A stretch of 64,000 bases of DNA from Octopus sinensis (Eukaryota): assembly GCF_006345805.1 (NCBI RefSeq), contig NC_043010.1:4216001-4280000 (forward strand). The letters are read 5' to 3'. Made by a program: the position numbers and the translations under genes. Below are positions 27,013 through 40,031 of this stretch, piece by piece. The notes beneath the pieces are model-generated. The model was not told the origin of the DNA. It made no database searches and saw nothing but the letters and a program-made list of their open reading frames with translations. How positions within the stretch are numbered: the first letter of the stretch is position 1; each line of letters opens with the position of its first letter.

Positions 27013-27831
27013 AATGGACATGAGTTAAAATAACAAAAAAAAAAATTTTTTTTAATAAATAAAAACTGTAACAAATGAGTGAAAAACAAATATATAGTGT
27101 GTGTGTTTATTTGGCAAAAAAAAAAAGGAAAAGAAAACGACTGTCCTAAAACACAACAATATATTGAAAAGTATTAAACTAAAATTGTTGTGTACCAATA
27201 TGTTTGAAATCAAATGGTCTGATGGAACTACAACTGTCTGAAAATATGAATGGAGTAAAAGCGTTCAAGAGAGTCACATATGATATCAAGCATTTCTTTT
27301 TTAGTCATATTAAAGGTCAGATCTATGTGGCATATGTAAGAAATGTAATAGTGTGTGTCTGTAAGACTTGATGGTAAATGATGGCAATCTTGGCCAAATA
27401 GTTCCATGTGGCTGATTAAACCATTAGTTACCGTATTTCTAATAGAATATACTATCTATACGTTACAGTGATTTTCAAAATTATCAGCAATTTCTTGTTA
27501 TTAAAATGGTGTTGAGAAATGTATCTGGTGTTAGGAAGGGCAGTTGGCATTAGGAAGGGTATCTAGCTGTAGAAACAATACCAAAGCAGACACTGGAGCT
27601 CAACACAGTCTTCTGGCTTGTCAGATCCCTTTGAATCATCGGACCCATGCCACCAGGCAAGATGGACATTAAATAATAATGACAATTATGATGAAAAGTT
27701 TATGAAAGGAGTATTTGTGTCATGAAGCAATAGGTTTCAAGCAGGCTGGTTTGTATCGAAAGGGGTCATGTGTAATGCTAAATTAGGAGAAAAACTGAAC
27801 AAATTGGGAAAGTAGAGTGACTTGAAATGTA

Positions 27832-28219
27832 TTACTCTTTACTCTTTTACTCTTTTACTTGTTTCAGTCATTTGACTGCGACCATGCTGGAGCACCGCCT
27901 TTAGTCGAGCAACTCGGTCTCTTTTGCTGAACCGCTAAGTAATGGGGACATAAACACACCAGCATCAGTTGTCAAGCAATGCAAGGGGACAAACACAGAC
28001 ACAAACACACACACGCATACATATATATATATATACATATATACGACGGGCTTCTTTCAGTTTCCGTCTACCAAATCCACTCACCAAATCCACTCACAAG
28101 GCTTTGGTCGGCCCGAGGCTATAGTAGAAGACACTTGCCCAAGGTGCCACGCAGTGGGACTGAACCCGGAGCCATGTGGTTGGTAGACAAGCTACTTACC
28201 ACACAACCACTCCTGCGCC
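27832..28219 (-). mobile_element. Composite CORE-like SINE with an internal deletion and a 13-bp internal duplication
   Basis: Family match; lacks the GACCCCGGGACTTATTC segment; ACCAAATCCACTC is repeated in tandem near 28070-28095. Confidence 0.88.
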
Positions 28220-28385
28220 TAGCTAATAAACACTAGAGTTTCAGCTATGTTTGTAATAGTAACTCACTTGATTGGAAAAGTGTAGTGATTTGATACTGGA
28301 AGGACACATTAAAGAGTATATGAGAGAAAACTCTGAGGTTAGATCTGAGAATGTTGGGGTTCACATACAACTTAACACAAGTTAT

Positions 28386-28587
28386 CCCTTTCATTACTGT
28401 ATTTATTTTGAGATGCTCTGTGTTTCTTTCAAAGAATTTAGTTAAATAACTTAGTTATCATTCAGCTGGTGTTAGGAACATAAAGTGTGACTAAGGTCTG
28501 GTGGAAAATTTTAATTCAAAACTTATGTAAACAAAACATTTGTACTCAGAGCCAGAGCCGGTTTCAGCTGGGTTGGTAATGAAAGGG
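28386..28587. mobile_element. piggyBac-type MITE
   Basis: TIR CCCTTTCATTAC / GTAATGAAAGGG, flanked by TTAT (left) and TTAA (right). Confidence 0.7.
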
Positions 28588-28940
28588 TTAAGGAATCTGG
28601 AATAGTGGTTGTAAGATTAAGCCTATGTCACGATAGGAAAAGGGTTGTTAAGCTGCTAAAGAAAGGGATGTTTTAAATGAAACTTAAATTACCTGTCTTT
28701 CAAGTTAAAGGATTAGTAGTAAAAGAAATTCATAAAGCAATCCTTCCTTATTGGAAAGTAAGATGAACCAGTATTACAAGACTCACACACACACGTGTAC
28801 ACACACACGGCTATTCCAGCAGCATTATAGGTCCCCAGGTAAAACAATGCACAAGTCCCCAACATACACAACTACAGCATACATAGATTAGCATTAGACC
28901 CCTGGATCTGTGGCAACCTTATACCAATGCCTTTCAATGA

Positions 28941-28982
<42 letters not shown>

Positions 28983-29488
28983 TAACACACACACACTAAC
29001 ACACAAACAAAATATAAATATAATCTGTGAAGATTAATCACAGACCAAACAAGAAATATATTGTGTAATGAAAATTATGTAATGCTAATTATATTATTTG
29101 TTTTTACCATTCATTAAAATGTATTGCTTGTTTATATACTACATTTCTTGATGCTTATGTAAAATCAAAAACAAAAAAAATTCTCTTATACTGATTTAAT
29201 ATAAAATATAATCTTCTAGTAAGGTCATAGAAGTAATTTCAAGACACAAAGTATGTTAGAAAGCACAAGACAAGCTCAGGATTTCATGCTTCTCTGACTA
29301 ATGCTATTATATATAGTGTATGTTTTGTGCATGCATACAACTTTTATTTTTGATATTTTATACCAAACATTTTTATGCTGCCACAAGGTGAATGGATCTG
29401 AAAATGTAGATATTTATATTGTTTACCACAGAAGGTATTTTAGTGTGAAATGTTCTCTTTAATACCAATCACTTAACCAAGGAAACAT

Positions 29489-30722
29489 AAAAAAAAAAAA
29501 AAAAAAAGTTGTGTCTATTCTTAGCTAGCTACATTAAGATAAGAGGCTGAACCCTTTTACAAAATAGATGCACAAAGCCATGTCAATATCTTGATTTTAT
29601 TCATTACATTTTTAGCTTAACACTTCCATCACTTAGTCACCGTATCTATAGCAGCCTCAGCAATTCTCTAAGAGGTTCAGATTTCGCAGAGAAAATATAT
29701 TTAGGAATGTCCTCGTAGAAAATACATACATAAAGAAAAATGTATGTGCAACGTGGATTAAAATAGGAATAGAACTCATCGTCGTACTGAAATCCATAAA
29801 AAATAAATGGTAAATGCAAGACAATTATTTATAAAATTAACAAATTATCACCTCTAATCAAAGTGTACAATCAATGCCACGAAAACAATAGCAATACCAA
29901 TCTGCTCTTGAAATAAAGCAATAAACTTAGTATATTATAATACATCAAAGATATCCTGGGGATATAACATATGTACTGCTGAAATATTGTTTTGTTACTG
30001 AACAATCGGAAGTTAACTTGGGAGTCGATACATAAACACTTGACTTGCCAGGAATAGCAGCCAGATTCTCTTGGATACATCATAGTATCTTGAAAAAAAA
30101 CAAAAAAAAAAAAAAAAAGTTGTGTCTATTCTTAGCTAGCTACATTAAGATAAGAGGCTGAACCCTTTTACAAAATAGATGCACAAAGCCATGTCAATAT
30201 CTTGATTTTATTCATTACATTTTTAGCTTAACACTTCCATCACTTAGTCACCGTATCTATAGCAGCCTCAGCAATTCTCTAAGAGGTTCAGATTTCGCAG
30301 AGAAAATATATTTAGGAATGTCCTCGTAGAAAATACATACATAAAGAAAAATGTATGTGCAACGTGGATTAAAATAGGAATAGAACTCATCGTCGTACTG
30401 AAATCCATAAAAAAATAAATGGTAAATGCAAGACAATTATTTATAAAATTAACAAATTATCACCTTCTAATCAAAGTGTACAATCAATGCCACGAAAACA
30501 ATAGCAATACCAATCTGCTCTTGAAATAAAGCAATAAACTTAGTATATTATAATACATCAAAGATATCCTGGGGATATAACATATGTACTGCTGAAATAT
30601 TGTTTTGTTACTGAACAATCGGAAGTTAACTTGGGAGTCGATACATAAACACTTGACTTGCCAGGAATAGCAGCCAGATTCTCTTGGATACATCATAGTA
30701 TCTTGAAAAAAAACAAAAAAAA
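29489..30722. repeat. Tandem duplication of a 611-bp unique unit bounded by poly-A tracts
   Basis: Units start at 29508 and 30119. No substitutions seen; only two 1-nt homopolymer length differences. Confidence 0.95.
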
Positions 30723-30783
30723 CAAATTGGAGAATGCAGTCAGTGAAATACAAAGGATGGGATGTTGAGTGTCAGAACATCTC

Positions 30784-31180
30784 GTGTGGTAAGTAGCTTG
30801 CTAACCAACCACATGGTTCCGGGTTCAGTCCCACTGCATGGCATCTTGGGCAAGTGTCTTCTGCTATAGCCCCGGGCCGACCAATGCCTTGTGAGTGGAT
30901 TTGGTAGACGGAAACTGAAAGAAGCCTGTCGTATATATGTATATATATATATGTATATGTATATGTGTGTGTGTTTGTGTGTCTGTGTTTGTACCCCTAG
31001 CATTGCTTGACAACCGATGCTGGTGTGTTTACGTCCCCGTCACTTAGCGATTTGGCAAAAGAGACCGATAGAATAAGTACTGGGCTTACAAAGAATAAGT
31101 CCCGGGGTCGATTTGCTCGACTAAAGGCGGTGCTCCAGCATGGCTGCAATCAAAATGACTGAAACAAGTAAAAGAGAGTA
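30784..31180 (+). mobile_element. Composite CORE-like SINE, slightly 5'-truncated
   Basis: Family match beginning at GTGTGGTAAG. Confidence 0.9.
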
Positions 31181-32042
31181 TGTTCTAGGCATACCTAGGA
31201 CTAAACAGCAACAACTATAACAACTCCTCATGACAACTGCAAAGTCATGGAGAGTCTCTTCGGTGTCGCCTGGCCTGCAAGAAATAGCAACAATGTTCCC
31301 TTAGGAAAACACCTCATCATCATCAACATCATCTTTCTCTCTCTCTCTCACACACACACACAACATCAAAATCAGCACACAATGTATTATGCATGTTGCA
31401 AATACCTTGTATGAAAATAAGATGGGATGGTCGTGGCTGGAATGCTTTGATTGCAGTAACAAAAAAAACTACTATCAAATAACTCTTATCGAGACGAATA
31501 AATAAGTTTCCCACAAAACTATCAAAGTCTTATCCTCAGAAGATAACGGAAGAAACACAACGGAGGCCTTATGAAAGTCAATAAAACCTGCACAACTTCT
31601 AAAGAACAAGTTTAATGCATAAATCTATCGTATTAACAGATCAATCTGCCTCATTAATTGCTTCACTAAGTCTAAACTATTATATAAATAATATAATATG
31701 AAGCTTAAGGCATTAAAACATACACATATCGGAGGCATTTCCTGCATGAATACAAGACATGCAATACAGGCATAATATATATATATAAAAAATGAATGCA
31801 GTAAGAAATCAGATTTTAATATAAACTGTTCATTTTTATGAGAGACAGCTGGAAAGAGGGTGCATACCTGTTATGTGTAGATAGATGTTCTCTACTTCCA
31901 CTTCATTGCTTTGATTTTTTTCAAGTAGCATACCCTGGCTTTTAAGTACTAGGAATTACTCACACATACACATACACACTCATTCTGACTCATACACAAG
32001 CACACACACACACATACACACACGCACACATACATTTTGGCT

Positions 32043-32456
32043 TCTCTTTTCTCTTTTTCTCTTTTACTTGTTTCAGTCATTTGACTGTGGCCATGCTGGA
32101 GCACCGCCTTTAATCGAGCAACTCGACCCCGGGACTTATTCTTTTGTAAGCCCAGTACTTATTCTATCGGTCTCTTTTGCCGAACCGCTAAGTGACGGGG
32201 ACGTAAACACACCAGCATCGGTTGTCAAGCAATGCTAGGGGGACAAATACAAACATACATGCACACACATATATACATATATATACATATATACAACAGG
32301 CTTCTTTCAGTTTCCGTCTACCAAATCCACTCACAAGGCTTTGGTCGGCCCGGGGCTATAGTAGAAGACACTTGCCCAAGATGCCATGCAGTGGGACTGA
32401 ACCCGGAACCATGTGGTTGGTAAACAAGCTACTTACCACACAGCCACTCCTGCGCC
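32043..32456 (-). mobile_element. Composite CORE-like SINE, full length
   Basis: Family match on the minus strand. An older degenerate copy follows at about 32670-33008. Confidence 0.9.
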
Positions 32457-33270
32457 TGAGTTGATTTCTTGCTACTCTGAGTTTCTCTCGGGTGCAGAAG
32501 AACTGGTGCACCCACAGGAAAAAAACATGCAGGGCAATAAGTGGCTGGCTCAGCCAAGGTCAAAATATTCCAAATCTCTGCTGTAGTACTGACTACTCTT
32601 CATTCAGACAGCCAAAACAGAACAGGTGTGTGTGTGTGTGTGTGTATTTTTAGTCAAATGAATTGACACATGTACTTATTTTTTCTTAAGCCTGGTACTT
32701 ATGTCAGTTTCTTTTGCTGGACAGCTAATTTACAGGGATGTAAACACACCAGCACCGGTTATCAAGTGGTGATGGGGGACAAACACAGACACAATAACAC
32801 ACACACACACACACACACACCACATATATATATATATATATATACGACAGGTTTCTTTCAGTTTCCGTCTGCTAAATCCACTCACAAGGCTTTGGTCAGC
32901 CTGAGGCTATAGAGGAAAACACTTGCCCAAGGTGCTGTATAGTGGGACTGAACCTGGAATCATGTGGTTGTGACACAGGCTTTTTACCATTCAGCCATGC
33001 CTGCACCTAGCCACTTATATACATACATACAGACATGCACTCACATATCATTGCCATCATCGTCATCATCGTCATCATCACAGTATTTATGTTAACTTTT
33101 CCATGCTTGCATGAATCATAGATAATTCATTGAGAGAGATTTTCTATGGTTGGGTTCCTTCTCTGTTGCCAACCTCAGGAAATGATTTCCAGCAAGGTTT
33201 TATACATATAAATAGAAACATTATTATTATTTTTAAATCTCTCAAAGAGAGATATTCAGTAACAGTTCTT

Positions 33271-33429
33271 TAAAATAAAGACTATTTGCCAACATAATGT
33301 GGCTGTCCTGGATGGGACGAATGTTACTGTTGTTTAGCTTCAGGAAACGATACTTCCTGGGGCTAAACAACAGTAACAGTCGTTCCATCCAGGACAGCCA
33401 CATTATGTTGGCAAATAGTCTTTATTTTA
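33271..33429. repeat. Foldback palindrome, 75-bp arms, 7-nt loop
   Basis: Arms 33272-33346 and 33354-33428 have 4 mismatches; followed by (TA)n. Confidence 0.95.
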
Positions 33430-33470
33430 TATATATATCCGGTAAGCTTTGTATGTATGTATGTATGTAT

Positions 33471-33504
<34 letters not shown>

Positions 33505-34072
33505 GTATGTACTTCTATTTATATATATACTCTGTAAAACATGGGACTGAGAACACTTCTTTCTAGTGTCAAGGGCATTGCAATGTGTATAGTACTGTTA
33601 CAACAATTATATACAATTAATACACTTTGTAAAGTGGTAAGTGTTAGGAAAAGCATACTTCTTCAGGATATAAGCTGAAAGTAAAACACATGACCATCAT
33701 ATTGTCCTCCATCCTATCTAAAAGAGTAATATCTTCAAATCCAAACTCAGACTATGACAATGGCATATTAGGATTGTTTCCTCTATGAATACAAGGTTAG
33801 GCAGCACAAGCCTAAGTTACATAAAGGAAAGCAAATGACGATATTTTTATGCAAATCTTCTGTTTTTCTGTGAAGCGCCTGGAAAGAGGCTACAAACTTG
33901 CCTAGTCAAATATATAGGATCAAAAGTGTATTGAACCTGTTGACATGGAATCCACAAAATATTTTTATTGAATGTACCAATATCTTTTGCTGCCAAATCC
34001 CAAAACACACTAAAACATTTGCATAGTGCACACACATCTATATCTATCTGAGTGTTTAATTGTATATACATA

Positions 34073-34700
34073 CGAGGTGGTATTGAAAATTTCCTGGACT
34101 AGTTCTGTAGCACACCAACAGATGGCAGCACATGGTTGCATTCACAGTGAGTGTTAGCAGTGACCTTCATGAAAACCTTCATGGAAAACCTGCCACAAGC
34201 ATCAACCCCAGAAATGTAGAGAAAAATTCATCACCTAGTGCATGAGGATCGTCGGAGGACAATCAATGACATTTTGAAGCTTTTGTGAGAGAATATTTGG
34301 CACAAGCAACTGAATCTGTGGAATGCAAGGAATTAGATTCTTCACATTGATAACTGAGCTCACTTCACTTATGAGTTTCTCATCAAAAGCAGCATGGTTT
34401 TGCTTCTGCACCGTTCTGTTAACAAAATTTAGTGCCTGCAGACATCCATCTTTTCCCCAAGATGAAAATGCAGCTCAAACATTTTAAAACGATTCTCAAG
34501 ATCAAAAACAAATCGATGAAGGTCCTCAAATTGCTTATGGAAAAATGACTTCCAGGCCAGATTCCAAAAGTGTCACAAATACTGGGACCAGTGTATTGCT
34601 GTGCAAGGTGACAATTTCAAAGGTGATGGTGTTAAAACTTAGGTAAATTAGTTATTTTTTATTAAACATAACTAGCATGGGAACTTTTTGATACCACCTC

Positions 34701-34701
<1 letters not shown>
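34073..34701 (+). mobile_element. Internally deleted mariner (irritans/Hsmar2-like termini)
   Basis: TA|CGAGGTGGTATTGAAAATTTCC ... GGAACTTTTTGATACCACCTCG|TA. Remnant motifs EDRRRTI, LFPKMKMQLK and WDQCIAVQGD. Confidence 0.85.
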
Positions 34702-34769
<68 letters not shown>

Positions 34770-35103
34770 ATGTATATATATATTTATACATATACACAAG
34801 AGGGGTCTGAATATTTTCTGGCTTGGGTGAAAGAAAATACAGGAGGATCAGTTGATAATAATTTTATTCAACACACTTATTGCAGTGGCCCTTCAGTTAT
34901 TCTAAGCCCTTTAAAAGAACTTGGAAGGTTGGGTATCCAACCAGGTTTTTCACAATCCCCTTATAGCCAGGAACTTTTCAGCAACCCCTTGTGTGCGTGT
35001 ATTATATATATGATAGTCTCTACATATTTATACCACAAGCATACATTGGGATAACATGCTTTTGCTTGTAAACTTGAACTGAATTGCATGTGTGAATGTA
35101 TGC

Positions 35104-35147
<44 letters not shown>

Positions 35148-35657
35148 GTTTCCATCTACGATATTATAATTACTTAGAATTCATTATACATAAACAATAG
35201 AGATATTTAACACTTTCTAGTGAAGTGGAGTGGAGTGGATAAAAGAATCACCTGCTTGTAGGTCACCTATGAAGATGAATTTTGAAAGAAAGAAAGAATA
35301 CTTAGAAAAGGAATTCTGATGACAAATGGCACCACTATTGGAATAAGTGGAAAGAAAAAGTTAAAACATTACACACATGCATGCATACATACAGACACAC
35401 ACACACTCACACACAAACAACATAGTATACATTTACATACAGGTGATAGAAGACTTATACTAAGGTCTGACCTTAGAAATACCTAACAGTGAATCTGATG
35501 AAATACAATGACAGACGTCATTGTAAATATGATGGTGCTTTTTGAAGAACTCTCAAAGTCATGTCCCGATAAAAATGGACATAAAACCATTAATAATGAT
35601 GAATGATGGTATAGTTTAAATAAGTAGACAGATATGTGCTTGTGTATGTCTGCATCA

Positions 35658-35696
<39 letters not shown>

Positions 35697-36216
35697 TGCA
35701 TGCATGTGTGTGTGTGTGCTTGTATGTGTGTGTGTTGACTAATTGATTTCTAGCTTGATTTTTTTTTGTTTTCAGTTTTCCAGAGTTATGGACTTGTGGC
35801 ATTTCCAAGTTTCAAACACATGGCATGCAGCGCTAATCATTTTGTCTGAGTATCTCTACATCTCTAAACAGACAACCAATGAATAGATTTTACACATACA
35901 GTGGCTTGATCTACATGTAATAACAACCAGATATCCAATAATCACTTCCTGTTAGGTTATAAAATTGCAGGACACATTGGATAGTGTAAGCCTGGATATA
36001 GTGAATATGTGTGTGTGTGTGTGTGTAATTTTCACTGGGAAAAGTTTGTCAATGACTTTGTAATTTAGGAGAAGTTACCCTTGTCCTTGTCAAAGTTCCT
36101 GTCAACATATTCCTTATAAAAATAAATGTGATGCTTAAATGTATTGAGTAGTTCTTCTGATCCTTCAGTAAAAGATTTTGTAATATATTTATACAATTAT
36201 ATATAAAAACAAACCT

Positions 36217-36256
<40 letters not shown>

Positions 36257-36362
36257 TATATCTAATGTAGGATAAAATTTTTTTCGAAAAAAATTCTCTT
36301 CCAAAAAAAATTTTAACAATGGCCAGCATATTAAGAAATACCTTTAAAGGTTAAATTTATAA

Positions 36363-36616
36363 ACAATTCATAAATAAGGGCAAACGGAAAAATTTCTAAT
36401 GCCAAATATGCCAAAAAATTGGACATATTGTCCATTAACCATTAATTTTTTCACAATTCGCATGCTACTTGAGAAAAAATTTTTTAGAAATTTCTGTCAA
36501 CCTTTTTTCGAGTAGCGTGCGGATTGTGAAAAAATTAATGGTTTATGGACAATGTGTCCAATTTTTCAGCATATTTGGCATTAGAAATTTTTTCGTTTGC
36601 CCTTATTGATGAATTG

Positions 36617-36617
<1 letters not shown>
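36363..36617. repeat. Foldback palindrome, about 116-bp arms, about 23-nt loop
   Basis: ACAATTCATAAATAAGGGCAAACG... pairs with ...CGTTTGCCCTTATTGATGAATTGT; (TA)n immediately to the right. Confidence 0.93.
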
Positions 36618-36666
<49 letters not shown>

Positions 36667-36670
36667 ATCT

Positions 36671-37140
36671 TTACTGCCACTTAAACATGGCTGTTCCATA
36701 GGAACTGACATTACTGCTATTTAAACCCCAGGAGGATACGTCCTCCTGTTGGCTATTCAATGCAATCTGTACCTGATGTACATTGAAAGCAGGGGAGTGA
36801 ACTTCTACCATCTTCCAACCACGAGACCACTAGACCATATGGTTTCAACCTCTTTGTGATCGCTCTCAGTGGTGGATACTCATCTGCTAGAGATAGCAGT
36901 AGTTCATCCCCCCCCCTCCAGCTCACAGTATATAGAAATCAAATGACACACAGTCACTGATATTGTAACAAGCAAATTAACTAGTTAGAAAATCTCTATA
37001 AGAGCTGAAAGCAGTAAATGTACTGGGAAATAATGTTTACTAACATTCAAACATGACTGTTTCTTAGGAACTGATGTTACTGCTATTTTTAACCTCAGGA
37101 GGATGTCTCCAACTGGTTATTCGATGCAATCTGCATCCAG
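36671..37140 (+). repeat. Two diverged direct copies of an approximately 110-bp repeat (36671-36780 and 37032-37140), related to the arm of the 33271 palindrome
   Basis: Shared AAACATG(G/A)CTGTT..TAGGAACTGA..TTACTGCTATTT...CAGGAGGAT...T(G)G(C/T)TATTC(A/G)ATGCAATCTG. Confidence 0.75.
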
Positions 37141-37390
37141 TTAAAAATAATATTAACATTGGTTCCTAACTTTGTTCATAAAGGGGTAGGTCTGGGGTTA
37201 AACAGGTAAAAACAATAAAATCCCAGTTCCATAACTACTAACCTTTATTCAAATTTATTTTATTCGCATGACCAATAATGTTGTTTTCCATATTATTTTA
37301 CTTTTATTTTATATTCTGTTAAAGAAAATAAAATACTAAATATTTGAATGTTTAAATAACAAGCAGAATATAATGATTTAAAAAAGAAAA

Positions 37391-37435
37391 ATGCTAAAAT
37401 TTTTGTTAAACGCTTGTATTATTTTTACAAGAATG

Positions 37436-37470
<35 letters not shown>

Positions 37471-37518
37471 TATAAAGCATTCTTGTAAAAATAATACAAT
37501 GATTTAACAAATGTTTTA

Positions 37519-37522
<4 letters not shown>
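37391..37522. repeat. Palindrome with 50-bp unique arms centred on (TA)n
   Basis: ATGCTAAAAT...GAATGCTTTA-(TA)n-TAAAGCATTC...TTTTAGCAT, with 5 mismatches in the outer part. Confidence 0.93.
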
Positions 37523-37569
<47 letters not shown>

Positions 37570-38106
37570 ATGATTTGAATTTTCAGTCAGTTTCGTCAAC
37601 TGGAATTTATCACTAATAATTGCTATCAGTAACTGAGGCCTAACAGCTGTAATTTCTGAAGGACGGACTACTGACTAAATAATTATGAGTTCAAAGCTTG
37701 TTCTAGCCATTGCATTATATCCGGAGGCAACATAAAATGATTCTGCATTCCTTCCTGTCCTTAATTGATGATATTTTTCTCTCCTATATCATGACTGATT
37801 GGCTAGCAGTAGAAAAGGAGGCACCAGCTGTTAAAAAAAATTTACTCCAACAATAGGCAAGTATCCAAATTGGCAAAAGCCATTCCGTTTATGATAACAT
37901 ACAAAATCAGATATAAGGCAGCATCAACTTGGGAAAGGAAAAAATGCTGAAACCTATGGGACTAGTTCATATCTGTACGAATGTGAAACAAATTTCTTGT
38001 TTTTTTTTTGTTTTTTTTTTTTAATTTTATATTTATCATGTTCTAAAAATATTTTAGTCTTTAAATATATGCAATGATGATATTTGAATTATCATTACAA
38101 TTTTTT

Positions 38107-38313
38107 CTTTTACTCTTTTACTTGTTTCAGTCATTTGACTACGGCCATGCTGGAGCACCGCCTTTAGTCGAGCAAATTGACCCCGAGACTTATTCTCTGT
38201 AAGCGCAGTACTTATTCAATCAGTCTCTTTTGCCGAACCGCTAAGTGACGGGGACGTAAACACACCAGCATCAGTTGTCAAGCAATGCTAGGGGGACAAA
38301 TACAGACATACAA

Positions 38314-38408
<95 letters not shown>

Positions 38409-38566
38409 CGACAGGCTTCTTTCAGTTTCCGTCTACCAAATCCACTCACAAGGCATTGGTCGGCCTGGGGCTATAGCAGAAGACACTTGCCCAAGATGCC
38501 ACACAGTGGGACTGAACCCGGAACCATGTGGTTGGTTAGCAAGCTACTTACCACACAGCCACTCCT
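38107..38566 (-). mobile_element. Composite CORE-like SINE
   Basis: Family match with an expanded internal (CA)n(TA)n. Confidence 0.9.
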
Positions 38567-39774
38567 TTCTTTTTTTTTTTAATGGAGTAGGATTTTTTTC
38601 CCAAATAATTCATAATACCACTGAGTTTTTATAGAGGTCACATTTTTAAAGCTTTGTATTCAGATGAATTATTGAAATAAAATGGAGTTGATGTATATTA
38701 TTTCATTGGAAAAAAAAAATTTGTTTTGAAACTAATTAATTATAAAATGCTTATCCAGCCATTATAATCAAAGTTAGTGAGAAATGTTGCGAAGCAATGA
38801 TGACCCCACAACCATCCCACACGCACCTTATGAGTTATTTGTTTTCACTGGATTTAATTTCAATTTAAAATATCTTTTGTATTGTTTTATCAAATAATCA
38901 TTTGTTTCAAATGAATTATTTAGATATGCAAATATTATTTTCTCTATCTTGGGTATATATTTTATTTTATTTTTAATACAAATCCAATCTTAGATGTAAA
39001 GACATTATGACTCTGTCATTGTATCACGTGGAGGCTATACTGGAAAGGTTGGTTTCTCTATTATATTTGCCAACTTGACATAACACCTAATGTTTTCAGA
39101 AAATCTCAGATAAATTTAACGTGTTAATAGCTAGCCTACAATTTACGGTACCTTTACTGTGGAAAGTAAACAAATGTAAATGCATTTTGTAGGTCTCTGC
39201 CCACAAAAAATTTTATAGAGATTATCATGTTATGTTTAATGCCGATTAGCCACCCTTCAGAAGATAAGAAACTCTTACTCTACTGCTCACAAACAGAGCA
39301 TAAATATCAATTGCTATTTAAACCAAACACAAACAAGGACTTAGATAAATTGCCTGTCTAATATGAATATTGACTTTTGTCTGTTGTGTGATTAAATTAT
39401 TGGTAATTATGTTATGCACAAAAAGTATGTATTAGAAGAATTAAAATAGATTTGATGTAGTTAGTTTACTGTTTACAAAGCATATGCTGAGGAAAGTAGT
39501 TTTATGCTTGTATTTGAGGTCAGTGAGTTGTTCATGAGATGTTTACGCTTTTACCAAAACAGCCACAGAAATACGATATTATTTCATATGCATGTTCTGA
39601 GTACAAATTCCACTGAAGTTGATTTTGTCATTCATCCCTTTCGGGTTAATAAAATAAGTACCAGTTGCAAAGGATATATATGTGTGTATGTGTATATATA
39701 TATATATATTGATAAAAATGGTAAGACAGCAAAAGAAAGAATGAGACCTTGATATTATGTAAATAGAGGAAATT

Positions 39775-39981
39775 TATCTGTAAATATAATAGGTGAAAAT
39801 TATTCGGTAGCCATGATAAAACTCCAAGTTTTGGATGCCGAGGTGGAAATCTATGCTGCCATCTCTTCAGTTTCGATGGCCGGATAACTGAAGAGATGGC
39901 AGCGTGGATTTCCACCTCAGCATCCAAAATTCGGAGTTTTATCATGGCTACCAAATAATTGTCACATATTACATTTACAGG

Positions 39982-39983
<2 letters not shown>
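39775..39983. repeat. Foldback palindrome, about 97-bp arms, 13-nt loop; probable inverted Penelope-like terminal repeat
   Basis: Arms 39775-39872 and 39886-39983; (TA)n on both outer sides; contains a hammerhead-like motif. Confidence 0.93.
39877..39950 (+). ncRNA. Type I hammerhead-like motif with long stem II and G12 changed to A
   Basis: TGGCC-G-GATAA-CTGAAGA-GATG...GTGG(ATTT)CCAC...CATC-C-AAAA-TTCGGAG-T-T-TTATC-AT-GGCTA: stem I GATAA/TTATC extended by TGGCC/GGCTA, and a near-palindromic stem III. Confidence 0.55.
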
Positions 39984-40031
<48 letters not shown>

